Counted from the stretch's first letter, positions 1 to 12,813 are shown. The stretch is 32,000 bases of DNA from Prochlorococcus marinus str. NATL2A (GCF_000012465.1 NC_007335.2:360001-392000); one strand, 5' to 3'. The notes: generated by a model from the letters alone, not told the origin. A program made the numbers and translations.

Positions 1-361
1 CAAATCTAGCTGGTTTTGAGGGGCTGAAAATTGAGAATAGACAGTCGCAGACTAGAAAAAATTAAAAAAAAAAGAAAAAGAAGAATTTTTCGAATTTCAA
101 TTGATTTTGTAATTTTAAGACGTTTTCTTACCAAATTAATTTTAAAAAATTAAAAATCCGAGCTTAAATCAACATGAAATCGATAGTTTGAAAATTATTT
201 TTCTTGGCTTTTCAAATCTAAAATAATTGACAAACTTTTTAAAATTATAATTTTTCGGCAAATTACAAAATCTCAGTCTCTTTGATTTAAAACCCAGTTT
301 TTCTGCTGAAGGGATATATAGTTTATTTCAGTAAAATTTGTTCTGAGTAAAAACCTCGGTT

Positions 362-520
362 ATGGAAACCACTAGTTTTGGCTTTGCCGCAAGTCTTTTA
401 TTTGTTGGAGTACCAACTATTTTTCTTATCGGTTTATTTGTTTCTACCAGTGATGGTGAGAAATCAAGCTTTTATTCTGATACCAGCAAGGGTAGATTGA
501 GCCCTGAGCCTAAAAAGTGA
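362..520 (+). CDS. psbM: Photosystem II reaction centre protein M (PsbM)
   Basis: 52-codon ORF below the ORF-track cutoff. Translation is METTSFGFAASLLFVGVPTIFLIGLFVSTSDGEKSSFYSDTSKGRLSPEPKK. The N-terminal GF-A-x-LF-x-x-VP-x-x-FLI single TM helix pattern is typical of PsbM. Stop TGA at 518-520. Confidence 0.85.
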   Translation: METTSFGFAASLLFVGVPTIFLIGLFVSTSDGEKSSFYSDTSKGRLSPEPKK

Positions 521-654
521 TTTAGGACTTTTCTAATCAAAGATCTCAAGTTTTTGCTCGAGGTCAATATCACTACTGAGGTTTTACCGTAAAGGTATTG
601 CTTCAAAGTTTTAATATCAAATTAAACGACTAAGATAATTGGTTCTTATTGAGG

Positions 655-1095
655 ATGAGTTCAAAAAATAATAGATGGATATTAACAAAAACAGTTCTTC
701 CCCAGCACACTGACCATGCAGGGGTAATGTGGCATGGCTCTTATTTAAACTTTTTAGAAGAGGGGAGAATTGATGCTTTGGATAAAATTGGACATTCGTA
801 TACAAAACTATCTGAAAAGGGTTTCGAAATTCCAGTCGTTTCAATTCAACTTAGATATAAAATATCTTTTATTCATGGTGAAAAGATTCTTTTAGCGAGT
901 CAATTTAAGCTGGAAAATAAAATACGACTTACTTGTAAAACTTTATTCTTAAAATCAAATGGTGATATTGGCGCTGAGGCAATAATAGGACTTGTTGTTG
1001 TAAGAAAAACAAATGAATCTATAAAGTTAGTAAGAGAATTACCAGTACAAATTAAAAATATATTATTAATGCTAGAAGAGGGACCAAAACTTTAA
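655..1095 (+). CDS. Hotdog-fold acyl-CoA thioesterase (4HBT/YbgC family, possibly the phylloquinone-pathway DHNA-CoA thioesterase)
   Basis: ORF 649..1095. The motif VLPQHTDHAGVMWHGSYLNFLEEGR is typical of 4HBT-type thioesterases. ATG at 655 is preferred over the TTG at 649. Confidence 0.7.
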   Translation: MSSKNNRWILTKTVLPQHTDHAGVMWHGSYLNFLEEGRIDALDKIGHSYTKLSEKGFEIPVVSIQLRYKISFIHGEKILLASQFKLENKIRLTCKTLFLKSNGDIGAEAIIGLVVVRKTNESIKLVRELPVQIKNILLMLEEGPKL

Positions 1096-1113
1096 GGAAT
1101 TGAAGAATCTATT

Positions 1114-1983
1114 ATGTTTAAATCCATTCCAGGTGACGCTTTTCTTAAATGGAGAAAAAAAATGATATTGATAGGCGGTAGGAAAGTTGATTTTGATTGG
1201 CTTTTGGATATGGTCGCTGGAGTCTCTTGGGCTAAATTGCAAAGCATTATTTTGAATCCTGAGAAGTTTATTTCCTTAGATATCTCAACTGATGAATTAG
1301 AAGTTATTTGGAAATCTCATTTAAAAGATCAAACCCCACTTCAGTATTTGATCTCTAAGTGCCCTTGGAGAGATGTTGAGTTAGAGGTTTCAGCAGAGGC
1401 TCTTATCCCTAGGCAAGAAACAGAATTTTTGATTGATATTGCTTTGAAAAAAATTATTAATTTTGATTCTGGAAGATGGGCTGATCTTGGTACAGGCTCT
1501 GGAGCTATTGCAGTATCTTTAGCTAAATCTCTTCCTAATTGGAATGGATACGCAACTGATATTAGTAATGAAGCATTAGAACTAGCAAAAAGAAATTTAA
1601 AAGCTATTGTGCCAAATGCGAATGTGAGATTTTCTTTGGGTGATTGGTGGGAACCTTTGAAAAGATGGAGGGGAAGATTTGATTTGGTTTTAAGTAATCC
1701 TCCTTATATACCCTCCTATTTAGTTGAAGAGTTAGAACCAGTTGTTAAAAACCATGAGCCAATTATTGCTTTGGATGGTGGAGAGGATGGAATGAATGCT
1801 TCTAGAAAAATCATCCTTGGAGCATTAAATGGACTTGCCAAAGGAGGTTGGTTGATTCTTGAACATCATTATGATCAAAGTGAAAAGATAACTAGTTTTA
1901 TGAAGAATATTGGAATGGAAGAAGTTTCTTTTGAAAAAGATTTAAGTGGAATCAAGCGCTATGCAATTTGTCGCAGAAAATGA
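1114..1983 (+). CDS. prmC: Peptide chain release factor N5-glutamine methyltransferase (PrmC/HemK)
   Basis: SAM-binding DLGTGSGAI motif and catalytic NPPY motif (LVLSNPPYIP). Length 289 aa. Confidence 0.85.
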   Translation: MFKSIPGDAFLKWRKKMILIGGRKVDFDWLLDMVAGVSWAKLQSIILNPEKFISLDISTDELEVIWKSHLKDQTPLQYLISKCPWRDVELEVSAEALIPRQETEFLIDIALKKIINFDSGRWADLGTGSGAIAVSLAKSLPNWNGYATDISNEALELAKRNLKAIVPNANVRFSLGDWWEPLKRWRGRFDLVLSNPPYIPSYLVEELEPVVKNHEPIIALDGGEDGMNASRKIILGALNGLAKGGWLILEHHYDQSEKITSFMKNIGMEEVSFEKDLSGIKRYAICRRK

Positions 1984-1984
1984 A

Positions 1985-2560
1985 ATGATCACTCAGCAAT
2001 TTGGAATCTTTGACTTGGCTTTAAAGTTGAAAAAGGGATCTTTAGCTTTATTTCCTACTGATACTTTGCCAGCACTGTGTTCATACCCAAAATACTCAAA
2101 AAAAATTTGGACTATTAAGAAAAGGCCTTCAAGTAAGCCACTTATCCTGATGGGAGGTTGCTCGGATGATTTGTTTGAATTTGTTCATCCTTGTGCTTTG
2201 GAAGAAAGCTTGCAATTGGCAAAAATCTATTGGCCTGGAGCATTAACAATGGTTTTGCCAACAATAGGCAATTTTTCTAAATATTTGAATGCTAATTCAA
2301 ATGCTGTTGGTTTCAGAGTCCCCGCACTAAGAATTGCAAGAGATTTGCTTATGCAAACTGGTCCTCTTGCAACTACAAGTGCAAACATTTCTGGAGAAAC
2401 ACCTGTCAAAGATGCGATGGAAGCTTCGATTCAATTCCCGGAGATTCCAATACTGGCTCCTATCCCTTGGCCAAGTTCTTCTGGCATGGCAAGCACAGTT
2501 GTTGAATGGAAAAATGGCAAGTGGAATTTGTTAAGGCCTGGTTCAGTCGTTTTGAAATAA
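1985..2560 (+). CDS. tsaC: L-threonylcarbamoyladenylate synthase (YrdC/Sua5/TsaC family)
   Basis: ORF 1946..2560 with YrdC-like motifs (FPTDTLPAL, RPSSKPLILM, TSANISGE). The in-frame ATG at 1985 starts one nt after the prmC stop, so it is the likely start. Confidence 0.8.
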   Translation: MITQQFGIFDLALKLKKGSLALFPTDTLPALCSYPKYSKKIWTIKKRPSSKPLILMGGCSDDLFEFVHPCALEESLQLAKIYWPGALTMVLPTIGNFSKYLNANSNAVGFRVPALRIARDLLMQTGPLATTSANISGETPVKDAMEASIQFPEIPILAPIPWPSSSGMASTVVEWKNGKWNLLRPGSVVLK

Positions 2561-2569
2561 AAGTAACGA

Positions 2570-2728
2570 ATGATTTATCTTTTATTAATAGTTTTGATAG
2601 TGCAATCAATTTTTTGGTGGCTTTTTAGACTCCCCATAATGAGTTTTGATTGGATTTTTCAATTAAAATTTTTCAACCTGTTTATTGCAGCTTTTTTGAT
2701 TTGGATAATCTCCGGTAAATCTAAATAG
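2570..2728 (+). CDS. Hypothetical small membrane protein (52 aa)
   Basis: ATG..TAG ORF found by hand: MIYLLLIVLIVQSIFWWLFRLPIMSFDWIFQLKFFNLFIAAFLIWIISGKSK. Two hydrophobic segments. No homology recognised. Confidence 0.3.
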   Translation: MIYLLLIVLIVQSIFWWLFRLPIMSFDWIFQLKFFNLFIAAFLIWIISGKSK

Positions 2729-2750
2729 TTCCTTCAGTTCTTTTTTTAAA

Positions 2751-2822
2751 TGCCGGCTAACAGATTTGAACTGATGACCTTCGCTTTACAAAAGCGCTGC
2801 TCTACCGCTGAGCTAAGCCGGC
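2751..2822 (-). tRNA. tRNA-Thr (anticodon UGU)
   Basis: The reverse complement GCCGGCTTAGCTCAGCGGTAGAGCAGCGCTTTTGTAAAGCGAAGGTCATCAGTTCAAATCTGTTAGCCGGCA folds as a cloverleaf. Anticodon loop is TTTGTAA. There is one U-U mismatch in the T stem. Confidence 0.85.
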
Positions 2823-2930
2823 AATCTTTTTATCCTACCTAAAAAAGTAATCTAAAAGTTAATCCATTTAAGAAATTTGTGGAAATACTTTTTAATCTCA
2901 TCCAACAAATCAATGCCATTTTGAAATTGA

Positions 2931-3278
2931 TTAAGAGTTTTGATCTTTGCCTTCAGTTTCTGGAGAATCTACTTCTGACTGATTCTTAGGCTCTTTAAGT
3001 TGGATTTGCCCAGTCATAGTTCTTTTTATTGGTAGGTTTGCAACTAATGCGGTCATGCGATCCTCTGTCTCAAGACTTACTGCTCCTTCATCCACATCTA
3101 TCTCTACATACTTTGCGACCACCTCAAGTATTTCTTTTCTCATTTGATCTAAAAGTTCTGTACTGAGATCTGATCGATCATGAGCCAGAACAAGTTGCAA
3201 CCGCTCTCTCGCGGTACTAGCGCTAGCAGGCTGTCTACGTAGTAACTTGTTGATAATGTCTCTAAGTGTCATTGCCAT
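2931..3278 (-). CDS. minE: Cell division topological specificity factor MinE
   Basis: Sits directly downstream of minD. Contains the MinE-like segment [12 protein letters not shown]...VVAKYVEID. Confidence 0.9.
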   Translation of the reverse strand: MAMTLRDIINKLLRRQPASASTARERLQLVLAHDRSDLSTELLDQMRKEILEVVAKYVEIDVDEGAVSLETEDRMTALVANLPIKRTMTGQIQLKEPKNQSEVDSPETEGKDQNS

Positions 3279-3282
3279 TGCT

Positions 3283-4119
3283 TTAGAAAATTTTTGTTTG
3301 CATTAGTCTTCTAAATTTCGCACCAAATCCAGAAATCTCCTCTGCTGGATCAATAAGTGGAATATCTTCTCCTTGTAATCTCTTTGCAATATTTAGATAA
3401 CATTTAGCTGCTGGGGAATTAACGCTATTTAAAGTTAGTGGCTCACCTCGGTTTGTACTTACAATTACTTGTTCATCCTCTAGCACAAGGCCAAGTAAAG
3501 GTAAGGCTAAAATATCAGTCACATCATCGATAGAAAGCATTTCTTGGTTGGCCATCATCTTTGGCCTAACTCGATTAAGAACTAATTGGACTGGTTTAAT
3601 GGAATTTGTGTTCAGTAGACCAATTACTCTGTCTGCATCTCTTACTGCTGATACCTCAGGGTTGGTAACTACAATTGCTTCTTGAGAGGCTGCCATAGCA
3701 TTTTTAAATCCATCCTCAACTCCTGCAGGGCAGTCAATTAAAACGTAATTGAACTGTTCTTTTAACATATCTACTATGCACTTCATATCATCGGGTTTTA
3801 ACCAATCAAGCATTCTTGGATTCCCCGCAGGAAGTAAAGATAGATTGGATTCTTGCTTGTGCTTCACTAAGGCCTGATCAAGTCTGCATTCCTCCTCTAG
3901 AACTTCTTGAGCCGTATATACAATTCGATTTTCAAGACCTAATAGTAAATCCAAATTTCTCAGACCAAAGTCTGCGTCTAAAACAGCAGTGGTTAACCCC
4001 TGCCTTGCTAATGAAATGCCAAGATTAGCTGTCAGGGTTGTCTTGCCAACCCCACCCTTTCCTGAGCAAATAAGAATGACACGTGTATCTGTCGCCACTG
4101 ACCTCCTTGGATTCGACAA
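3283..4119 (-). CDS. minD: Septum site-determining ATPase MinD
   Basis: Deviant Walker [11 protein letters not shown], and ParA/MinD family similarity throughout. C-terminal amphipathic helix [10 protein letters not shown]. Confidence 0.95.
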   Translation of the reverse strand: MSNPRRSVATDTRVILICSGKGGVGKTTLTANLGISLARQGLTTAVLDADFGLRNLDLLLGLENRIVYTAQEVLEEECRLDQALVKHKQESNLSLLPAGNPRMLDWLKPDDMKCIVDMLKEQFNYVLIDCPAGVEDGFKNAMAASQEAIVVTNPEVSAVRDADRVIGLLNTNSIKPVQLVLNRVRPKMMANQEMLSIDDVTDILALPLLGLVLEDEQVIVSTNRGEPLTLNSVNSPAAKCYLNIAKRLQGEDIPLIDPAEEISGFGAKFRRLMQTKIF

Positions 4120-4261
4120 ACTTTAGTTCGATTTTGATGAAGAAAAAAGCTTTATTGTTAGATCGGTTGCATTGGGTTTGCTTTTGAAGACATCTTTAAG
4201 CATTTATGAAGTAATTTTTTCTTGCTTTTTGTCCAAAACCATACTGGTTTTTGTTTTCTAA

Positions 4262-4906
4262 TTATGTGGTCTCCAGTGGGGAAATTATAATTTCTTCAGA
4301 ATCGATTCTTGCTTGTTCTGCAAGACCAAATTGAGGCTTCTCCTTAGGACCTCTAGCAACTTTATTAGCGATTCTTAGTTGAACAGGGCTAAGTTGAAGT
4401 GCGGATATTTTTGCTTTAGAGTTTCCTTTGTTGCCTGCATGAGCAATCCCAAGTAATCTTCCCCAAATAATTATATTTCCCTCTGCGCTAACATTTGCCC
4501 CTGGATTAACATCTCCAAGGATTAACAAATCCCCAGGACTTTCAATATATTCTCCTGACCTGACAGTTCCTTGATGAAAGTGAGTTTTTAAAAAAGTTGG
4601 ATTTCTCTTGTTTATCTCTGAGGTATTTTTTGAAGAACTTTCAATAAATTGAGATTTATAACCTAGTGATTGAGAGCTTACAATCGTCTTTGGAGATGAT
4701 GAGCAAAAACAAATAATCTTACAATTATATTGATTCGCAATTTCAATGATTTCTGATATCTCTTTACATGAAAGATCGATATTTTCAGCATCTATTTCTA
4801 AATTATTTGACTTAAGTGTATTTAATTTATTTTTTAAATCTATTTTCCAATTAGGATAGTTTCTACCCTCTATATTGATTATTATTTTTTGACTTTTTGA
4901 ATTCAT
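4262..4906 (-). CDS. minC: Septum site-determining protein MinC
   Basis: Upstream of minDE. The C-terminal beta-helix region (GDVNPGANVSAEGNIIIWGRLLGIAHAG) is typical of MinC. Confidence 0.85.
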   Translation of the reverse strand: MNSKSQKIIINIEGRNYPNWKIDLKNKLNTLKSNNLEIDAENIDLSCKEISEIIEIANQYNCKIICFCSSSPKTIVSSQSLGYKSQFIESSSKNTSEINKRNPTFLKTHFHQGTVRSGEYIESPGDLLILGDVNPGANVSAEGNIIIWGRLLGIAHAGNKGNSKAKISALQLSPVQLRIANKVARGPKEKPQFGLAEQARIDSEEIIISPLETT

Positions 4907-4908
4907 TT

Positions 4909-6168
4909 CTAATTGTGTTTCATTTTTAGGTTCTCAATTTCTATTTTTAATTCAATTTCTATTTCTTTTGGATAAATCAACCATGAAGATTGATTAGGCT
5001 GAATTAATCTATCAACTAATGGTGAAACTCTCTCTAGAGCTTGTAACTTATCTCCGTCCCATAAACGAAGTCCATGTTTATAAGGATGGTAACTTTTCAC
5101 TACTTGTTCTCTTAATCCACAGGATATATCTGGCTCAAGGTAATATTTTTCAGATAGTTTTCTAGCTTTTGCTAGAGATTCTAGTCTCGTCTCTAAAGTA
5201 AAGGAGGATATATTTAGTGCTTTTAATAAATTTCTATGTATAAAGCGCTTACAGAGATTAGATAGATTGTTGGAACTACAATCTTGCCATTTATGGATAT
5301 GATATCCAGTTACTGTGTCATCATTAGATAAAAAACTTTCTAGGCTCATTTTTTCATGATTCCAAAGCCATTCAGACATGCTTTTATCTGCCCATAAGCT
5401 TTGTGGCCCAATTTTTCTTGCTGTTTTTATAATTTGCTCTAATAACCAATTACAAACTTCATTTAATCGATGATTGTACACGCTTCTATACATTAGATTC
5501 CTTATAACTAAATAATGCTCAACTGCCATTAATCCTTTTGGGTGTATTGCTAAATCTCCATCAGGTGAAATTGTCATTGCTGAAATTATCCGGTCTATAT
5601 CTAACTGACCATATCTTGCCCCAGTTGTATAACTATCTCTCATTAAATAATCAAGTCGATCACAGTCTAGCTGACTACTAATTAACGAAATTATTGATTT
5701 TTTTTCAGCTTTTCCCGATTGAATTAAATCTGAAATTGCTTTTGCATTTCCTTTCCCATATTTATTAAGTATCGTAGTTATTTCTTTACATGAATTTATT
5801 AATTTAGCGGTCCAATATTCATGTTTTATCTTGAAAATTTCCTCACTTGTGTGACTGAGTGGTCCATGACCTAGATCATGTAAAAGCGCAGCACCATAAA
5901 TAATGAATTTATGCTCTTTTAATCCAGAATCAATACTTAATAAATGATTGATCGCTCTTCTTGCCAGATGAAATACACCAAGAGAATGAGTGAACCTGCT
6001 TGATTCTGCACCATGAAATGTCAAGTAAGCAGGACCTAACTGTTTGATTCTTCGTAACCTTTGAAATGGGGAGGAATCTATTAATTCCATCACCATTTTT
6101 TCCTCTGGAATCGAACTATTTAATGTAATGGATTGATGAAGAGGGTCGTAATAAGTTCGTGACGACAT
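4909..6168 (-). CDS. HD-domain metal-dependent phosphohydrolase (dNTP triphosphohydrolase-like)
   Basis: HD motifs RFTHSLGV and ALLHDLGHGPLSH, plus DCDRLDYLMRDS, which is typical of SAMHD1/dGTPase-like HD proteins. Confidence 0.85.
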   Translation of the reverse strand: MSSRTYYDPLHQSITLNSSIPEEKMVMELIDSSPFQRLRRIKQLGPAYLTFHGAESSRFTHSLGVFHLARRAINHLLSIDSGLKEHKFIIYGAALLHDLGHGPLSHTSEEIFKIKHEYWTAKLINSCKEITTILNKYGKGNAKAISDLIQSGKAEKKSIISLISSQLDCDRLDYLMRDSYTTGARYGQLDIDRIISAMTISPDGDLAIHPKGLMAVEHYLVIRNLMYRSVYNHRLNEVCNWLLEQIIKTARKIGPQSLWADKSMSEWLWNHEKMSLESFLSNDDTVTGYHIHKWQDCSSNNLSNLCKRFIHRNLLKALNISSFTLETRLESLAKARKLSEKYYLEPDISCGLREQVVKSYHPYKHGLRLWDGDKLQALERVSPLVDRLIQPNQSSWLIYPKEIEIELKIEIENLKMKHN

Positions 6169-6171
6169 GAC

Positions 6172-7482
6172 TTATTCAATTTCTTGGCTTATTAATTGTT
6201 CTTCTTTCACTAAAGTCTCTTTTGATAATTTTTCTGAGACTTCTTCTTTGTCCAAGGTGGCTTGCATTATCAGCTCTGCATCTAAAAGCCATCTATCTTC
6301 ATCAGAGCCTGGATTAAGTGGCTCTGGCATTTCCAAGAGGCGATCAGGATCAATTCCTAGATTTTGTATGTCTCTTCCACTAGGAGTTAGATAACTAGCA
6401 ACTGTTACAGCTAAACCACTGCCATCACTAAGATTGGTCAAAGATTGTATGAGGCCTTTCCCAAAAGTTTTATTACCTATGAGTTCAGATCTTTTATTAT
6501 CCTGAAGAGCACCAGCAAGAATTTCACTAGCACTTGCTGTCCCCTCATTTACAAGAGTAACCATTGGCCCATCATAAATAGTTTCTAGTCCAGAACTGAT
6601 GGGATCATTTATGGAATCTCTTTTTTTTGTTTCAACAATCGGCATATCGCTGAGGAAATCGTCAGCAACTGCGAGTCCAGAACTTACAAGACCTCCAGAA
6701 TTATTTCTTAGGTCCAAAATTAGTCCATCTATGTCTTTCCCAGAAAGTTCTTCCAATGCTTCCTTGACTTGCTCAGGGACTCCCTCACTAAATTGTGTAA
6801 TTCTTAAATAACCAAATGTATGTGATTCGTTCCTTATTCTCTTAGTTCTAACTGGTCTTAAATCAACACTTCTTCTTTCTAAAGAAATTTCTTTTATTTC
6901 ATTGTCAGGTTGCTCTAATTCAACGATTACTTGTGTTCCAGTTTGGCCTCTCAATTTTGCGGCTGTTGCTTCTAGACCTAGTTGTTTTGGGGATTGCCCG
7001 TTGACTTTTTTTATAATCGTTCCACTTGTAATTCCTGCATCCGATGCTGGAGAGCCTTCAAGAGGAGATATTACGACTATGTCTCCATCTTCTTTTCTCG
7101 CTCCTAATTGAAGTCCAACTCCATTGATTTCACTACCTATGTTACTTTTCTTCATCGCCTCGTAATCAACTGGTCTTAATAAGCGCGTATATGGATCTCC
7201 AAGAGGAAGAAGCATTGCTTCAATAGCTGAATAGGCTTGTTGAGAATTGTTTATTGGCTTTTCAAGAGCTTTTTGACGAAGTTTTTTCCATTGAATTTCA
7301 TCAAATTTCTTAGGATCTAAATAACCCGCATTTACTTGATTCCATGCCTCAATAACAAGCAATTGTCCATCATTTAGGGCAAAAGCGGGCTGAGTAAAGA
7401 CTTGAAATAAAATCCCAAAGCTAATTAATACTGCAAAAAGTCTTTGCAGTGGCTTAGTTAAAGATTTAACAGATGAGAGCAT
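6172..7482 (-). CDS. ctpA: Carboxyl-terminal processing protease (S41 family)
   Basis: N-terminal signal-like segment, a PDZ region and S41 motifs ([19 protein letters not shown], GxxTFGKG). Confidence 0.9.
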   Translation of the reverse strand: MLSSVKSLTKPLQRLFAVLISFGILFQVFTQPAFALNDGQLLVIEAWNQVNAGYLDPKKFDEIQWKKLRQKALEKPINNSQQAYSAIEAMLLPLGDPYTRLLRPVDYEAMKKSNIGSEINGVGLQLGARKEDGDIVVISPLEGSPASDAGITSGTIIKKVNGQSPKQLGLEATAAKLRGQTGTQVIVELEQPDNEIKEISLERRSVDLRPVRTKRIRNESHTFGYLRITQFSEGVPEQVKEALEELSGKDIDGLILDLRNNSGGLVSSGLAVADDFLSDMPIVETKKRDSINDPISSGLETIYDGPMVTLVNEGTASASEILAGALQDNKRSELIGNKTFGKGLIQSLTNLSDGSGLAVTVASYLTPSGRDIQNLGIDPDRLLEMPEPLNPGSDEDRWLLDAELIMQATLDKEEVSEKLSKETLVKEEQLISQEIE

Positions 7483-7551
7483 TGGATTGATCTTTTGCGG
7501 CGACCAAGGGGCACATCGAGTAAGATATTTGAAAGTACAGTGAATAAGTGG

Positions 7552-8208
7552 ATGGCGAACTCTTCACCGGTTTATGACTGGTTCCAGGAACGTCTTGAGA
7601 TACAGGACATAGCTGATGATGTCACTTCAAAATACGTTCCTCCACATGTCAACATTTTCTATTGTCTTGGTGGCATAACACTGGTTTGTTTTTTGATTCA
7701 ATTCGCGACTGGATTCGCGATGACCTTTTACTACAAACCTACAGTAACTGAAGCTTATAGCTCTGTTAGTTATCTGATGACAGATGTGAGTTTTGGTTGG
7801 TTGATTAGATCAGTCCACAGATGGAGTGCCTCAATGATGGTACTCATGCTTATTTTGCATGTTTTTCGCGTTTATTTGACTGGTGGATTTAAAAGACCTA
7901 GAGAATTGACATGGATAACTGGAGTGGTTATGGCAGTAATCACAGTTGCTTTTGGAGTTACAGGATATTCATTGCCTTGGGATCAAGTTGGTTATTGGGC
8001 AGTTAAAATTGTCTCTGGAGTCCCAGCAGCTATCCCAGTTATTGGAGACTTTATGGTCGAACTTCTTAGAGGTGGTGAGAGCGTTGGACAGTCAACTTTG
8101 ACAAGGTTTTATAGTCTTCACACTTTTGTGATGCCATGGCTGTTAGCAGTTTTTATGTTGATGCATTTTCTAATGATTAGAAAACAAGGAATCTCCGGTC
8201 CCTTATAA
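7552..8208 (+). CDS. petB: Cytochrome b6
   Basis: [41 protein letters not shown] is the canonical cytochrome b6 N-terminus. The track ORF begins at TTG 7495, but ATG 7552 gives the standard 218 aa. Confidence 0.95.
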   Translation: MANSSPVYDWFQERLEIQDIADDVTSKYVPPHVNIFYCLGGITLVCFLIQFATGFAMTFYYKPTVTEAYSSVSYLMTDVSFGWLIRSVHRWSASMMVLMLILHVFRVYLTGGFKRPRELTWITGVVMAVITVAFGVTGYSLPWDQVGYWAVKIVSGVPAAIPVIGDFMVELLRGGESVGQSTLTRFYSLHTFVMPWLLAVFMLMHFLMIRKQGISGPL

Positions 8209-8267
8209 TTAAAAAAAGATTTATCTAAACAACCCTTACCTTAATTCTTTTAAACCTTTCTTAAACC

Positions 8268-8750
8268 ATGTCTACTCTTAAGAAACCTGATTTAACCGAT
8301 ACAAAATTAAGAGCAAAACTTGCTAAAGGTATGGGACACAATTATTACGGAGAACCAGCATGGCCTAATGACCTATTATATATCTTCCCAGTGGTTATTC
8401 TTGGGACTATTGCTTGTGTTGTCGGTTTAGCAGTTTTAGATCCTGCATTCCTTGGAGATAAAGCAAATCCTTTTGCAACTCCATTAGAGATTCTCCCTGA
8501 ATGGTATTTATATCCTGTTTTTCAGATTTTAAGAGTTGTACCTAATAAGTTACTTGGAATTGCTCTGCAGACTTTGATACCATTAGGATTAATGATTCTT
8601 CCTTTTATTGAAAACATAAATAAATTTGCTAATCCTTTTAGAAGACCAGTTGCAATGTCATTATTTTTATTTGGAACTGTTTTGACAATGTATTTAGGTA
8701 TAGGAGCCTGCCTACCAATTGATAAATCTCTTACTTTAGGTTTGTTTTAG
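8268..8750 (+). CDS. petD: Cytochrome b6-f complex subunit IV
   Basis: KKPDLTD...[20 protein letters not shown] and [13 protein letters not shown] are the canonical PetD sequence. Sits downstream of petB. Confidence 0.95.
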   Translation: MSTLKKPDLTDTKLRAKLAKGMGHNYYGEPAWPNDLLYIFPVVILGTIACVVGLAVLDPAFLGDKANPFATPLEILPEWYLYPVFQILRVVPNKLLGIALQTLIPLGLMILPFIENINKFANPFRRPVAMSLFLFGTVLTMYLGIGACLPIDKSLTLGLF

Positions 8751-10198
8751 AATTCTTCCTCTAAGTCCAGCATCAATACATCATCAGGCTCAGCTCTTAA
8801 CAAATGATGCATTAATAAAAATCCAACAATAGTCCATGTTTGATAAGTCCTAGATTGTTGTCCTACCCAAGTACCAGTTGGCCCATCAAAATATTCTGCC
8901 CATTTTTGTCTTGGGAGTTGGTTCAATTGACTCCAATAACATTCTTCAATAAGAGCCCGCATTTGTCCCATGAGTAAAACATCAGCTTTTGGATATCGTT
9001 TTTCATGAAGCAATATAGAAGCACCAAAAAACCATAAAAGACTAGGCCAATGTCCCCCATTGTGGTAGCTCCATGGCCAGTTTTTTGGGTCTGAACCTGT
9101 TTTGTTTTGCCATTCTTCGATATCCATTGGAGGATGGCATATCCTCATTGGCATTTGTGCCATGAGGTGTTCACGGTTATGTAGAACCAGACGAAACAAT
9201 GCTCTCTGTTGAGGTGCTGTCAATACTCCAAACATGCATGCTAATGAATTCCCCAAGCTGTAAAAACGAAAATCTGGTCTACCAGTTCTTATATTTCCAA
9301 TAAGGTATCCACCTCTATTTTCAAGCCAATCCTGAAGCCATGAAGGGACTACTTGGGGTTGGACATTGAATTCATTTTGATGTTGATCTTCACCGTATTG
9401 TTCTGTAGGCCTTCTTCTAAGAACTTGCATCGTTTTACTTGTAACCCAATAATGCTTCAAAAGAAATTGGCGAAGATCATGCACCCACTGACGTGTTAAA
9501 ACAAGCCTCTGATCGAGCAATCGACTTTTTTGATGTTTTCTGCTTAGTTCCATTAGTTGTATGCAGCTTTTTAAAGATGCATGCAACAAAACTTCTACCT
9601 CAAGAGGAGCTCCCCAAACATCCATGGGTCGATCGATCATAAATGAACAATCTGGCACGAATAAAACTGGATTTCCCTCGAAAGTTGGATGCAAAACTAA
9701 ATCAAGAAGAAGTTGCACACCTCTTTGCACTTGTTGACTCGTCCCAAAACTTTGATCACCACTTTTTCTCACATACAGCCAACAAAGGATTGGCCACCAC
9801 AAGCTTGCATCAGCAGAGGTAATTCTTCCAATAGACCTCTGACCATAATCTGCTATTAATTTCCCTTTTTCTTCAACAAAACTTGTTGGGAAAACCCCTC
9901 GAGTTTGATAAGTGGTACTTTGCAAATCGAGACTTACTGTCAAAAATTTTTTGACTATGTCATATCTTTTTTGAGTTAAGAGATAGATCATTACAGGGAC
10001 GTTATCCCTTAAAAAGATTTCTCCGTAATTAAGAGCATCATTTTTTGTTGGATGCTCTAAGGCCGCGACACTGCCTGCAATATCTCCAGAAATTTGAATC
10101 AGAGTTTTTTCAAAATGTTCTTTAGCTCTTGCAACAACTTTGTCTTCATTCGAGTTGGGGCGTACCCTTTGGTTCTGTTGGCTAAAACGTGCGGGCAT
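8747..10198 (-). CDS. Alkaline/neutral invertase-like glycoside hydrolase (GH100)
   Basis: 483 aa with GH100-like blocks ([42 protein letters not shown]). Confidence 0.8.
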   Translation of the reverse strand: MPARFSQQNQRVRPNSNEDKVVARAKEHFEKTLIQISGDIAGSVAALEHPTKNDALNYGEIFLRDNVPVMIYLLTQKRYDIVKKFLTVSLDLQSTTYQTRGVFPTSFVEEKGKLIADYGQRSIGRITSADASLWWPILCWLYVRKSGDQSFGTSQQVQRGVQLLLDLVLHPTFEGNPVLFVPDCSFMIDRPMDVWGAPLEVEVLLHASLKSCIQLMELSRKHQKSRLLDQRLVLTRQWVHDLRQFLLKHYWVTSKTMQVLRRRPTEQYGEDQHQNEFNVQPQVVPSWLQDWLENRGGYLIGNIRTGRPDFRFYSLGNSLACMFGVLTAPQQRALFRLVLHNREHLMAQMPMRICHPPMDIEEWQNKTGSDPKNWPWSYHNGGHWPSLLWFFGASILLHEKRYPKADVLLMGQMRALIEECYWSQLNQLPRQKWAEYFDGPTGTWVGQQSRTYQTWTIVGFLLMHHLLRAEPDDVLMLDLEEEF

Positions 10199-10845
10199 TA
10201 AGATAATCTGTTGCCATCGCTAAAAGCTAGTTATGGCTTACTCATTTGATATTGATAGTAAGAGGTAAAACATTTCATTTGCAACTTTGTTGCAAGTAAG
10301 TACTTCGAGGGTCTAGAATATTCTTCTGCGCAAAAGTTATTCTGGAGCGTACTCAGTTAGCGAAAATTACGAAAGTTTTTTTAGTTAAGTGGGAGTTTTA
10401 CAACATTTGAAGACTAAACCCTTCCGTGCTGTAAGCTGAAAAACGGTCGAAAGATCGAAAATGTTCTTGGCTTTTTAAGTCAAAAACATTGCACCTAGAC
10501 AACTTAAAAGTTTAGGAACTGACGCTTTTATCGCGTCTGATTCATTTTTGAATCGGATGTATTGCGATAAAGGTGTGAGGTCCCGTCAAAAAGAAATTAG
10601 TTGCATGATTTTGTCACTATTTCGAATTGGAGTTTCACGGCTCTTTTTTGATATATGGTGTTACAGACTCAGAGCAACGACGGATCTGAGATCCGGGAAA
10701 GTCACGAAGATAAAACTTAGTGCACTCTTTAGAACCCTTATTAAAACCAAGGTGGCAACAATCACAATCAGTACGCCAGTGCTGAATTAAGTGGGAGAAG
10801 CAAATCAGACTGAGTAGAAATTATTTTTACAATAGGGCCTGACTA

Positions 10846-12328
<1,483 letters not shown>

Positions 12329-12496
12329 ACAGGGAGACAATAAATTGATTGTGATGTCTAAGTCATTTATTCTTAGGCCACAATCCTGTCACCTTAAGGT
12401 CGATCGGTACCTCAGGTTTTTGAATTAGTTTTATAATTAATTCTTTGATTTCAGTTCCTAAACTTGTCTAGGTCACACCCAACAAAGGTTTCTCCT

Positions 12497-12570
<74 letters not shown>

Positions 12571-12579
12571 TTCGTTGTT

Positions 12580-12652
12580 GGGGGTATAGCTCAGTTGGTA
12601 GAGCGCCTGCTTTGCAAGCAGGATGTCAGCGGTTCGAGTCCGCTTACCTCCA
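12580..12652 (+). tRNA. tRNA-Ala (anticodon UGC) in the 16S-23S spacer
   Basis: GGGGGTATAGCTCAGTTGGTAGAGCGCCTGCTTTGCAAGCAGGATGTCAGCGGTTCGAGTCCGCTTACCTCCA. The G3:U70 identity pair is present. Confidence 0.95.
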
Positions 12653-12801
12653 CTGAAAACTATCCTGATAACTAAATTTCGGAGAAAAATTTGTAGAAGT
12701 GGCTTAGAATTGTCTGTCTGAAAAGAACCTAGCTTCTTGTCATCTTTTTATAGTTGATAACATGCTGGGCTCGCATGGATTAATTCCATGAGAAATCAGT
12801 A

Positions 12802-12813
12802 GAACCTTGAAAA
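12802..12813 (+). promoter_or_regulatory. rRNA antiterminator box A in the ITS
   Basis: GAACCTTGAAAA matches the box A sequence conserved in cyanobacterial 16S-23S spacers downstream of the tRNAs. Confidence 0.5.

Noticed and set aside
227-251. TTGACA / TATAAT pair upstream of psbM as its promoter
   Set aside because: The hexamers are perfect but the spacer is only 13 nt, which is incompatible with a standard sigma70 promoter. In this AT-rich DNA such hexamers arise by chance.
7495-7551. N-terminal extension of petB from TTG 7495
   Set aside because: The canonical cytochrome b6 N-terminus ([18 protein letters not shown]) begins at ATG 7552. The extension has no counterpart in the family.
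10548-10790. 80-aa ORF in the rRNA leader
   Set aside because: No SD, odd composition, and it spans leader hairpins and the box A-like element. Most likely noncoding.
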